The notes under the pieces: generated by a model
What the model saw: only the letters and a program-made list of their open reading frames with translations
What the model was told of the DNA's origin: nothing
Database searches by the model: none
Position numbers and translations under genes: made by a program
Shown here: piece after piece, positions 35,456 through 45,346 of the stretch
Numbering within the stretch: position 1 is the first letter of the stretch
Layout of the letters: each line of letters opens with the position of its first letter
NCBI GenBank assembly: GCA_903870995.1
Contig: CAIQFD010000021.1
Location: 8,461-72,460 of the forward strand
DNA: 64,000 nt
Source of the DNA: an uncultured Methylophilaceae bacterium
GTDB lineage: Bacteria; Pseudomonadota; Gammaproteobacteria; Burkholderiales; Methylophilaceae
Direction: 5' to 3'

Positions 35456-36967
35456 ATGACCACCAAAAATGCTGATATTGGCCTCGTTGGCCTTGCTGTG
35501 ATGGGGCAAAATCTTGCCCTCAATATTGCCGATCATGGCTACACCATTGCGGTTTACAACCGTGACCCTAAAAAAATGGTGAATTTTATTGAAGAGTGTA
35601 AGAAAAATGAGCCATCACATGAAAATGTGGTTGGTCATGCAGATTTAGCTTCTTTCGTGTTGAGCATTAAGCGTCCACGTAAGATTGTATTGTTGGTTAA
35701 AGCAGGTAGCGCGACTGACGTGACTATTAATGCTTTGCTTCCTTTCTTAGAGCAAGGTGACATCATTATTGATGGCGGTAACGCTTTATGGACAGACACG
35801 ATTCGTCGTGAAAAAGAATTAGCCGCTAAGGGCATCGAATTTATCGGCTCTGGCGTTTCAGGTGGTGAAACGGGTGCGCGTTTCGGCCCAAGCTTGATGC
35901 CTTCTGGCACACGCAAGGCATGGGCGAGCTTAGAGCCAATTTGGCGTGATATTGCAGCTAAAGTAGATCCAAAAACGGGTGTGCCTCTAGAAGGCGGTAA
36001 ACCAGGCAAGCCAGTTGAAGGTGGTTTTTCCTGTGCTGAATACATCGGCCCAGATGGTGCTGGTCACTATGTGAAAATGGTGCACAACGGTATTGAATAT
36101 ATCGATATGCAATTGATTTGCGAAGCTTACTGGTTGATGAAAAACTTGCTTGGTATGGAAGCTGGCGAAATCGGTAAGATTTTTGAAGAGTGGAATAAGG
36201 GTGAATTATCAAGCTTCTTGATTGAAATTACTGGCGATATTCTTCAACAAAAAGACCCTGCAGGTAAGGGTTATTTGGTTGATATGGTGATGGACGCTGC
36301 GGGTCAAAAAGGCACTGGCCAATGGACTGCAGCAAATGCGCTTGAACTAGGCGCGCCAGCAAATGCGATTGCAGCGGCTGTTTACGCGCGTGCGCTTTCA
36401 AGCTTGAAAGAGGAACGTGTTGAAGCGAGCAAGATTCTTAAAGGGCCAGTGATTAAAACTGAGTCAGATAAGAAAGAGATTATTGAGGCGATTAAGAACG
36501 CACTTTATTGCTCAAAAATCTGTGCTTACGCGCAAGGCTTCCAACTGATTGATAAAGCACAAGTAGCTTACAACTGGAAATTGAACTTCGGTGAAATCGC
36601 TCAGATCTGGCGCGGTGGTTGTATCATCCGTGCTCGCTTCCTGCAAAAAATCACGGATGCTTATGCACTTGACTCACGTTTGAAAAACTTGATGTTGGAT
36701 CCATATTTCACACAAGCGATGAACGATGGCCAGGCTGGCTGGCGTAAAGTGATTGCCTTGGCAGTGACGAACGGTATTCCTGCGCAAGGTTTCTGCGCAG
36801 CGCTTTCATACTATGATGGCTACCGCAGTGCCGTGCTTCCAGCTAACTTGTTGCAAGCGCAACGTGATTACTTCGGTGCGCACACTTATGAGCGTGTTGA
36901 CCAACCGCGTGGTCAGTTCTACCACTTGGATTGGCCAGAAGCAGGTCGTCCACAGTACGAAATTTAA
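35456..36967 (+). CDS. gnd: 6-phosphogluconate dehydrogenase (decarboxylating)
   Basis: [12 protein letters not shown] Rossmann motif, [15 protein letters not shown] and [14 protein letters not shown]. 503 aa, longer than E. coli Gnd (see finding on the insertion). Confidence 0.93.
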   Translation: MTTKNADIGLVGLAVMGQNLALNIADHGYTIAVYNRDPKKMVNFIEECKKNEPSHENVVGHADLASFVLSIKRPRKIVLLVKAGSATDVTINALLPFLEQGDIIIDGGNALWTDTIRREKELAAKGIEFIGSGVSGGETGARFGPSLMPSGTRKAWASLEPIWRDIAAKVDPKTGVPLEGGKPGKPVEGGFSCAEYIGPDGAGHYVKMVHNGIEYIDMQLICEAYWLMKNLLGMEAGEIGKIFEEWNKGELSSFLIEITGDILQQKDPAGKGYLVDMVMDAAGQKGTGQWTAANALELGAPANAIAAAVYARALSSLKEERVEASKILKGPVIKTESDKKEIIEAIKNALYCSKICAYAQGFQLIDKAQVAYNWKLNFGEIAQIWRGGCIIRARFLQKITDAYALDSRLKNLMLDPYFTQAMNDGQAGWRKVIALAVTNGIPAQGFCAALSYYDGYRSAVLPANLLQAQRDYFGAHTYERVDQPRGQFYHLDWPEAGRPQYEI

Positions 36968-36990
36968 GCTAAGCGTTTAGTTTAAAAACC

Positions 36991-37021
36991 AAAAGGCACA
37001 GATTTTTCTGTGCCTTTTTTA
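36991..37021. terminator. bidirectional rho-independent terminator between gnd and the radical SAM gene
   Basis: Stem GGCACAGA / TCTGTGCC with loop TTTT, flanked by an A-run (36991-94) and a T-run (37015-21). Confidence 0.8.
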
Positions 37022-37045
37022 TTGCCGCAAGATTTGATTTGTTGC

Positions 37046-37909
37046 TTATGGGCTGACGTAAGCTTTGAGGCCAATTGCTCTAATCTTTTCAGCAACGCCT
37101 TCAAGCCACTCTGGGGAAAGGCGACTTAAACGAGGCGCTTCTGCTTGCATGGATGGTCTTGCAAGACCATACAAATGCACGCCTTGAATCACATCTTTTA
37201 CTTCGGTGAGCAGCGTTATATAAGATGCAACTTCAGTGACTGTTGGGGCGGTGCCATCAATTGCGACCATGCAGGTTTGCACGAAAGTTGGGCAAGCTTT
37301 GGCACAAGCTTTAATTCGCTTAATGACGCTCGGAATGTTGATGTTCACATCATTGATTTTTGCGACACCTTCAGAGGTCCCCGCATCCGCCTTAAACCAA
37401 ACCTCACCGTTGATTTTTGCAAGATGACGCATACTTTCTAAAACATGCGGTTTATCCAATAAGCTGCCATTGGTAATCAAACGCACTTTAATAGGATGGT
37501 CCAATTCAGGATTGAGTAAATCAAACTCATTCAAAAGCTTTTCAACAATCTTAAGTACTTCTGGAAATTCTTTTGCGCTGGTTGGTTCGCCATTGCCTGA
37601 GAAGGCAATGTCTTGAAGCTTGCGATCGCCTTCAGCAACGTAATCTTGCATAAAATCGCCATGCACGATGTATTCTAAAAAGTCGCGCAACTCTTTTTCA
37701 AGCAGCGCTAAATTAATGGGTGGTGGGGTGCCTCGCGTGAGATTAGGTACTTGGCAATACAAACAGCGCCAATTGCATGCATTGTTGATGTTGAGGTTGA
37801 TACCGATTGAAACACCGCCAGCGCGGCGTGAAACTACAGGGTATATGTAAGTTAAGCCACTAACATCACGGTTATGATCTTCGACAGTAAGAAATTGGTC
37901 GTCTGTCAT
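37046..37909 (-). CDS. radical SAM domain protein (function unknown)
   Basis: CX3CX2C motif CNWRCLYCQ near the N-terminus and a GNGEP glycine-rich SAM motif. Starts 4 nt after the fnr stop. Confidence 0.75.
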   Translation of the reverse strand: MTDDQFLTVEDHNRDVSGLTYIYPVVSRRAGGVSIGINLNINNACNWRCLYCQVPNLTRGTPPPINLALLEKELRDFLEYIVHGDFMQDYVAEGDRKLQDIAFSGNGEPTSAKEFPEVLKIVEKLLNEFDLLNPELDHPIKVRLITNGSLLDKPHVLESMRHLAKINGEVWFKADAGTSEGVAKINDVNINIPSVIKRIKACAKACPTFVQTCMVAIDGTAPTVTEVASYITLLTEVKDVIQGVHLYGLARPSMQAEAPRLSRLSPEWLEGVAEKIRAIGLKAYVSP

Positions 37910-37913
37910 TGCT

Positions 37914-38642
37914 TTAGATGCAGGTTTGGCAAGATTGTGGATTGAAAATCTTTTTCAATTCGTCAGGCGCTAGGATTTTTACATAGCGCTGTTTGACTTC
38001 AATAATCCCATCGTCACTGAGTTTTGAGAATGTGCGACTAATGGTTTCTAATTTGAGGCCGAGGTAACTGCCGATTTCTTCACGGGTCATCCGCAAAATC
38101 ATTTCAGATTGCGAAAAGCCGCGCGCATGTAAGCGTTGGACTAAGTTAAGTAAAAATGCAGCAAGGCGTTCCTCAGCACGCATATTACCAAGCATCATCA
38201 TCATCCCATTCTCACGAACGATTTCACGGCTCATGACCTTGTGGACATGGCGCTGCAAAACGGGGAACTCTCTCGACAACTCTTCGACATTAGAAAAGGG
38301 CATGACGCATACTTCGGCGTCTTCAAGTGCAACTGCATTGCAACTGTGTTGATCGGTAACAATGCCATCAAGACCAATGATTTCGCCAGCCATTTGAAAG
38401 CCAGTAACTTGTTCACGGCCGTCTTCGTTAGAAATGCAGGTTTTGAAAAAGCCTGTGCGAATGGCGTAAAGCGAGGTGAATGCGTCACCATTGCCAAAAA
38501 GCCTTTGGCCCTGTTTCACTTGTCGGCGAGTTGCGACCACTTCATCAAGCTTTTTCATGTCCGCGATTTCGAGGCCAATCGGCATACAAAGTTCACGAAG
38601 ATTACAGTTAGAACAAGCTACTTTGAAAGTGTTATCGGTCAT
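37914..38642 (-). CDS. fnr: FNR-type oxygen-sensing Crp/Fnr family regulator
   Basis: N-terminal Cys cluster CSNCNLRELC (C-X2-C-X5-C) plus internal Cys residues. Contains a cNMP-binding fold. The HTH REEIGSYLGLKLETISRTFSKL carries the FNR-type E--SR recognition motif. Confidence 0.88.
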   Translation of the reverse strand: MTDNTFKVACSNCNLRELCMPIGLEIADMKKLDEVVATRRQVKQGQRLFGNGDAFTSLYAIRTGFFKTCISNEDGREQVTGFQMAGEIIGLDGIVTDQHSCNAVALEDAEVCVMPFSNVEELSREFPVLQRHVHKVMSREIVRENGMMMMLGNMRAEERLAAFLLNLVQRLHARGFSQSEMILRMTREEIGSYLGLKLETISRTFSKLSDDGIIEVKQRYVKILAPDELKKIFNPQSCQTCI

Positions 38643-38775
38643 ATCTCTTGAGGTGAGTTGATTACCCTATAAGCATACCGCGATAAGCCATTCACGGGTA
38701 GATGTTAAAGATGTTAATTTTTTGTTTTAATGACGTTTTTTTGGCTTGCCAGCCATATTTTGCGTTGCTAATCGT

Positions 38776-38789
38776 TTGATTTATATCAA
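38776..38789. promoter_or_regulatory. consensus FNR box in the fnr-hemN divergent region
   Basis: TTGAT-TTAT-ATCAA, a perfect match to TTGAT-N4-ATCAA. Its centre lies about 88 nt upstream of the hemN ATG. Confidence 0.75.
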
Positions 38790-38870
38790 GGACTTTTGCA
38801 TGACGAAGTGGCAAAGTGGCGATAAGTAAAAAATTGTAAAAATTCAGATTTAAAAATTAGGAATTTATAA

Positions 38871-40310
38871 ATGGCAGTGATCTCAATGGCCGAGTATGCA
38901 GACCAAAAAACAGCGCAAGCGGAAGCTGATGCGTTAAGCGAAATTACGCTTGAAATGCTTGAAAAGTATGACGTGGCGGGCCCTCGTTACACCTCTTATC
39001 CCACAGCAGATCGTTTTGTCGATGCTTTTGGTGTTGAAGACTATCAACAAGCCCTAGAAAAAAGACGCGTGGGTGGCATGGCTTTGCCGCTATCTATTTA
39101 TGTTCACGTACCCTTTTGTGAGTCACTTTGTTTTTATTGCGCATGTAACAAAATTATTACGAAGCGTCATGAGCGGGGTGCGGAGTATTTAGAATATCTA
39201 CGTCGCGAAATTGATTTACATGTAGCGCATTTAGGCACAGGTCAAACCATTAGTCAGCTCCACTTAGGCGGCGGTTCGCCGACCTTCTTTAATGATGAAG
39301 AGCTTAGCCAGTTGATGGACATGATTAAGCGCAACTTTGTTATGGCGCCTAACGGGGAGTACTCTATTGAGATTGACCCTCGTACTGTGGATGCAAAGCG
39401 TTTGGCGCATTTGGCTAGCCTGGGTTTTAACCGTTTAAGTTTTGGTGTCCAGGATTTTGACCATGAAGTGCAAAAAGCTGTGCATCGGATTCAGCCAGCA
39501 GAACAAGTGTTCGACTTGGTTGGTACGGCAAGGCGATTAGGCTTTGACTCAGTGAATGTTGATTTAATTTACGGACTACCCAAACAAAACCCAGCTTCAT
39601 TTGCGCGTACCTTGCAACAAGTGGCGACTCTCAGACCTGAGCGGATTGCGCTTTACGCTTATGCTCACTTGCCACAACGCTTCAAACCACAACGAAAAAT
39701 TCATGCGGAAGATTTACCAGTTGCGGCGGATAAGATTGAAATGCTTTCAATTGCTATTTCAACTTTCTTAAGCGCGGGTTATGTTTATGTCGGCATGGAT
39801 CACTTTGCTTTGCCGACGGATTCGCTTGCAATTGCTAAGCGTCAAGGTCGCTTACATCGTAATTTCCAAGGGTATAGTACTCAGCCAGATTGCGATTTGA
39901 TCGCGCTCGGTGTTTCATCTATTGGCCGTGTTGGCAGTACTTATAGCCAAAATGCTAAAACTCTAGATGAGTATTACGATCATATTAACCAAGGCAAGCT
40001 GCCTGTCGTTCGTGGTTTGGCGTTGACTAGCGATGACTTAGTGCGTCGTGCTGTGATTATGGCGCTCATGTGCCAAGGGGAGCTGCAGTTTGAGGCGGTT
40101 GAGCTCGCTTATATGATCAATTTTAAGCAGTACTTTGCGAATGAGCTTACTAGTTTAAAAGCGCTAGAAAAAGAAGGCTTAGTTGTGGTTGATGACACAA
40201 GCATTCAAGTGACTAACCAAGGCTGGTTTTTTGTAAGAGGTGTTGCTATGCATTTTGATCGTTACTTGCAAACGGATCAAAATAGAGCCAAATTTTCGAA
40301 GATTATTTAA
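38871..40310 (+). CDS. hemN: oxygen-independent coproporphyrinogen III oxidase (radical SAM)
   Basis: HVPFCESLCFYCACN (CX3CX2C), GGGSPTF and HemN C-terminal domain length (479 aa). Confidence 0.92.
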   Translation: MAVISMAEYADQKTAQAEADALSEITLEMLEKYDVAGPRYTSYPTADRFVDAFGVEDYQQALEKRRVGGMALPLSIYVHVPFCESLCFYCACNKIITKRHERGAEYLEYLRREIDLHVAHLGTGQTISQLHLGGGSPTFFNDEELSQLMDMIKRNFVMAPNGEYSIEIDPRTVDAKRLAHLASLGFNRLSFGVQDFDHEVQKAVHRIQPAEQVFDLVGTARRLGFDSVNVDLIYGLPKQNPASFARTLQQVATLRPERIALYAYAHLPQRFKPQRKIHAEDLPVAADKIEMLSIAISTFLSAGYVYVGMDHFALPTDSLAIAKRQGRLHRNFQGYSTQPDCDLIALGVSSIGRVGSTYSQNAKTLDEYYDHINQGKLPVVRGLALTSDDLVRRAVIMALMCQGELQFEAVELAYMINFKQYFANELTSLKALEKEGLVVVDDTSIQVTNQGWFFVRGVAMHFDRYLQTDQNRAKFSKII

Positions 40311-40327
40311 GACTGGACGATGTGAAA

Positions 40328-40358
40328 GAAGCCGAGCGATGCTCGGCTTCTTTGTTTT
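40328..40358 (+). terminator. rho-independent terminator after hemN
   Basis: Stem GAAGCCGAGC / GCTCGGCTTC with loop GAT, followed by TTTGTTTT. Confidence 0.8.
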
Positions 40359-40443
40359 AACGCTAAGCCAGTAAACTGGCAAGAAAAAGAGCGCAAGGGT
40401 CTTGTCCGTGGAATATATCCGCTAAAGCAGATTATTCACACGC

Positions 40444-40474
40444 AAAAAAAGCCCCTGCTGGTGACAACAGGGGC
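40444..40474 (-). terminator. rho-independent terminator after ompW
   Basis: Stem GCCCCTGCTG / C(A)ACAGGGGC at 40451-40474. The A-run at 40444-40450 gives a T-run on the minus strand. Confidence 0.7.
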
Positions 40475-40534
40475 GAGGGTGGATCTAACAACATGTGGGT
40501 GTTAATTCACGGGAGGTTTACTGGTGTTATTCAA

Positions 40535-41185
40535 TTAGAATTTTTTACCGAAGCCTACTGAAACAACCCATGGGTCGATGTCAAGTTGGTCGATCTTTGT
40601 ATAACCACTTCCCAAGTCAGCCTTTACTGTTGTGTCAAACCACATCTTTTTAACGTCAACGTTTAGCAACCATTTGTTCTCTAAGTTGTAGTCCATACCG
40701 GCTTGAAGTGCTACCCCCCAATTGTTGCGTTCAATTGTAATTGGGATCGGGCCAAGATTTAGGTTGTTGTCCATAGCGCGAACGTATGAAATGCCTGCGC
40801 CAACATATGGATCAAATGTTTGGTCAGGATTAAAGTGCCATTGAGCTAGCAGTGTTGGCGGTAATAGATTTACTTTGCCTAAGTCTGTTGCAGTGCCAGC
40901 TACATTAGCTGTTACGGTGTGGCGTGTTCCAGTTGCCAAAATCAACTCAGCTGCGATGTTTTTTGTGAAGTAGTAAGAGAAATCAATTTCAGGAATTGTA
41001 TTAGAGTCCACAGACAGATGTGCGTTTGGATCGTGAAATGTATTAGTTGTAGTACCTAATTTGCTGCTTTCATCTGGTGCAATATGCGTTGCACGTAAAC
41101 GTACAACGATGTCGCCAGCCTCAGCCATAGCTAAAGAAGGGACTAGTGCAACTGCAACTGCTAACGCTACTAATGTTTTTTTCAT
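40535..41185 (-). CDS. ompW: OmpW-family outer membrane protein
   Basis: Signal peptide MKKTLVALAVAVALVPSLAMA. About 195-aa mature beta-barrel with alternating pattern and a C-terminal ...VSVGFGKKF. Confidence 0.78.
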   Translation of the reverse strand: MKKTLVALAVAVALVPSLAMAEAGDIVVRLRATHIAPDESSKLGTTTNTFHDPNAHLSVDSNTIPEIDFSYYFTKNIAAELILATGTRHTVTANVAGTATDLGKVNLLPPTLLAQWHFNPDQTFDPYVGAGISYVRAMDNNLNLGPIPITIERNNWGVALQAGMDYNLENKWLLNVDVKKMWFDTTVKADLGSGYTKIDQLDIDPWVVSVGFGKKF

Positions 41186-41260
41186 GATTCCATCCTCGTT
41201 AAAATTGATTTAAAGCCAAATCTGATGGATGAATTTTAGGTGCTTTAGGCTGGCGCTTCT

Positions 41261-41274
41261 TTGATGTAGGTCAA
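41261..41274. promoter_or_regulatory. FNR-like box upstream of ompW
   Basis: TTGAT-GTAG-GTCAA, one mismatch to consensus. Its centre lies about 82 nt upstream of the ompW ATG. Confidence 0.5.
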
Positions 41275-41313
41275 ATGCAACACAAGCAAAGAATTTTTGT
41301 TGCTTTTATGCAA

Positions 41314-41345
41314 CAAAAAAGCCCGAGAGCTTTAAGCGTCGGGCT
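41314..41345 (-). terminator. rho-independent terminator after the tRNA
   Basis: Stem AGCCCGA / TCGGGCT. The A-run at 41314-41320 reads as a T-run on the minus strand, 10 nt downstream of the tRNA 3' end. Confidence 0.65.
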
Positions 41346-41354
41346 TTATGTAAG

Positions 41355-41431
41355 TGGTGGTGATGGGGGGACTCGAACCCTCGACCTATGGATTATGAAT
41401 CCATCGCTCTAACCAGCTGAGCTACATCACC
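41355..41431 (-). tRNA. tRNA-Met (anticodon CAT), elongator type
   Basis: The 77-nt reverse complement is GGTGATGTAGCTCAGCTGGTTAGAGCGATGGATTCATAATCCATAGGTCGAGGGTTCGAGTCCCCCCATCACCACCA. It folds by hand into a cloverleaf: 7-bp acceptor stem with G1-C72 (so not an initiator), anticodon loop TTCATAA, T-loop TTCGAGT and an encoded CCA. tRNA-Ile2 (lysidine) cannot be excluded from sequence alone. Confidence 0.9.
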
Positions 41432-41463
41432 ATCCTGTTAACTTGCAATTAAGCAAGCCCGCC

Positions 41464-41492
41464 ATTTTATGGGTTTGGCGAGCCCTTGTCAA
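41464..41492 (-). promoter_or_regulatory. near-consensus sigma70 promoter for the tRNA
   Basis: On the minus strand: TTGACA (41492-41487), a 17-nt spacer, then TAAAAT (41469-41464). It lies about 30 nt upstream of the tRNA 5' end. Confidence 0.5.
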
Positions 41493-41522
41493 AAACTACT
41501 CTGCTTTTTTAGATAATTAAGT

Positions 41523-43001
<1,479 letters not shown>

Positions 43002-43005
<4 letters not shown>

Positions 43006-44009
43006 GAGGATTGATTGTTTTTTGTGTGAGCCAACTCAATGGCAAGGTTGATGGCGGCAAGGATGCTACCAATTTCAATGTTGCCTTTACCAGCCAAATC
43101 TAAAGCTGTGCCGTGGTCAACCGAGGTGCGAATGATAGGCAAACCTAGTGTGACATTAACGCCCTCACCAAAGCTTGCGTGTTTCAGTACAGCCAGACCT
43201 TGGTCGTGATACATGGCCAAAAAGGCATCGGTATATGCGATATTTTTTTGTGAAAACATCGTATCAGCTGGCATTGGGCCGACTAAGTTCATGCCTTCAG
43301 CGCGAAGCTTTTCAAGCACAGGGGTAATTGTTTTGATTTCCTCATCACCCAAGTAGCCGCCTTCGCCTGCGTGAGGATTGAGTCCTGCCACCATCATGCG
43401 AGGGTTGTTAATGCCAAATTTCTGAACGAGATCGGCATATAAAATGCGAATGGTCTTGGTTAAACTCTCTGCCGTAATAGCTGTGCTGACTTGAGTTAAC
43501 GGCAAATGCGTTGTGGCAAGTGCTACACGCATACCTCCACCAACAAGCATCATCACGACTTGTGGTGTATTGGATTCTTCGGCTAAGAATTCAGTATGGC
43601 CTGTAAAGGCAATGCCCGCCTCGTTGATAATGCCTTTGTGAACTGGCGCAGTGACCATTGCATCAAAAACATTTTCAAGGCAGCCTTGAAGTGCACTAGA
43701 GAGCGTTTGAAGTACATAAGCACTGTTGGCTTTGTTTAGTGTGCCTGCGATAACAGGATGGGCTGTAGCTTGATGCATGACTGTTAGGTGGCCATTTCCA
43801 GCATGAACAGTTGGTGATTGGTCTTGTTGGTAGGCATCAACTTTCAGCTTGATATTGAGTGCATGGGCTCTTGCAAGTAAAGCATTCTGGTCTGTGATGA
43901 CAACAATGTTGGCGTTGATAGCTTGATGGGCAAGCATGGCGCACAGGTCTAAACCTATGCCTGCTGGTTCCCCGGCCGTAATCGCGATGCGAGGTAAGGT
44001 GTATGCCAC
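43002..44009 (-). CDS. pdxA: 4-hydroxythreonine-4-phosphate dehydrogenase
   Basis: ITAGEPAGIGLDL near the N-terminus and HAGEGG. I place the start at the GTG at 44009 (336 aa). The 399-aa ORF would overlap surA by 179 nt. Confidence 0.85.
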
Positions 44010-44022
44010 GGTGCGTTTAGGC

Positions 44023-45330
44023 TTAGAATTTATCTTCGAGCCTGATCTCAACAAAGGCGCGGTCGCGAAGCTCACGCACCCAGTCTTGATAGGCCTCGTC
44101 AGATTTCCTAGCGCGAATTTCTTGTCTTGCTTTGATGCGCGCTGCTTCTTTAGACATATCTTGGTTACGGCGCTCAAGTACTTGTATGACGTGTAAGCCA
44201 AACTGCGTTTTAATCACATTACTAATTTCACCTAGCGCTAATACGTTCATGGTTTTTTCAAACTCTGGTACTGTGTCTCCAGGGTTTACCCAGCCTAAAT
44301 CGCCACCACTTTTTGCTGAGCCATCATCTGAATATTGGCGTGCTAAATCTTCAAACTTATCGCCATGATCAAGGCGTTCTTTAATATCGGCTATACGTGT
44401 CATTGCATCTTTTTCGGATACAACTTCGCTAAACTTAATCAGAATATGGCGCACATGCGTTTGCCCAACGACCAATGGGGATGAGCCACCGCGACGGTTG
44501 GTAACCTTTAGGATATGAAAGCCATTTGGGCTACGCAGTATTTGGCTAGTCTCGCCAGCTTTAAGCGGTTTGAGTGCTTCAAGAAATAATGCTGGAATTT
44601 GAGAGCCATTTTTCCAGCCTAAGCTACCGCCTTCAAGTGCATTAGGTGCGTCAGAAAAGCTTGCGGAAATCTTCGCAAAGTCTTTGCCTGCTTGTAGTTG
44701 GCTTAATGCATCTTCAGCTTTTGCGCGAAGCTTCTTTAAGTCATCAGGGGCAGTGTCTTCACCGGCGCGAATTAAAATATGTGAAATCTCAAACTCATCG
44801 GAGCTGTTCGATGCTGCTTGCATAGCAATAAAACTATCAATCTCTGACTCGGTAATGTTGATGCGGTTGTCTACCTCACGTTCGCGTAAGCGTGCCAAGG
44901 TAATTTCGTTGCGGATATCTTCTCTAAACTTTCTGTATTGAATGCCATCTTCCAACAAAGCTTTCTTGAAAGTTGGGATATCCATTTTATTTTGGGCTGC
45001 AATTCGCTCGATAGTTTTATCCAATTGGTTATCATCAACGCGTAAGCCAGTTTGGCTGGCAAATTGGAGCTGTAAACTGTCAGTAATCATGCGCTCAAGG
45101 ATTTGTTTTTCAAGAATGGCCGGCGGAGGTAATTCGGTACCTTGCTTTTCTAGTTGAGCGGTTACGCTTTTGATGCGGTCTGCCAACTCTTTTTCTGTAA
45201 TCACAACTTGGTCAACAATTGCAACAATGCGATCTATTTTGATGATTTCAGCTTGTTCTAAAGGTGCAGGGTTTACTGTTGAGCAGAATAAAAGCAAACC
45301 AAAAATTAATACAAATTTCAAATTGAACAT
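44023..45330 (-). CDS. surA: periplasmic chaperone / peptidyl-prolyl isomerase SurA
   Basis: Signal peptide MFNLKFVLIFGLLLFCSTVNPA and two parvulin domains (NGFHILKV, FGLHVIQV). Synteny lptD-surA-pdxA-rsmA. Confidence 0.9.
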   Translation of the reverse strand: MFNLKFVLIFGLLLFCSTVNPAPLEQAEIIKIDRIVAIVDQVVITEKELADRIKSVTAQLEKQGTELPPPAILEKQILERMITDSLQLQFASQTGLRVDDNQLDKTIERIAAQNKMDIPTFKKALLEDGIQYRKFREDIRNEITLARLREREVDNRINITESEIDSFIAMQAASNSSDEFEISHILIRAGEDTAPDDLKKLRAKAEDALSQLQAGKDFAKISASFSDAPNALEGGSLGWKNGSQIPALFLEALKPLKAGETSQILRSPNGFHILKVTNRRGGSSPLVVGQTHVRHILIKFSEVVSEKDAMTRIADIKERLDHGDKFEDLARQYSDDGSAKSGGDLGWVNPGDTVPEFEKTMNVLALGEISNVIKTQFGLHVIQVLERRNQDMSKEAARIKARQEIRARKSDEAYQDWVRELRDRAFVEIRLEDKF

Positions 45331-45346
45331 TCGTGCCCCGTATATT

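Noticed and set aside
38241-38651. 136-aa plus-strand ORF overlapping fnr, plus similar antisense ORFs 42194-42604 (in rsmA), 17538-17951, 35635-36045 (in gnd) and 48242-48649 (in amgK)
   Set aside because: Each lies entirely within a well-supported gene on the opposite strand and has no family features. I treat them as spurious.
44010-44201. 5' extension of the pdxA ORF (399-aa version) overlapping surA by 179 nt
   Set aside because: The extension (MAYTSYKYLSAVTKICLKKQRASKQDKK...) has no PdxA similarity and overlaps the conserved SurA C-terminus. A GTG at 44009 gives a normal-length 336-aa PdxA beginning just before the conserved LPRIAITAGEPAGIG segment.
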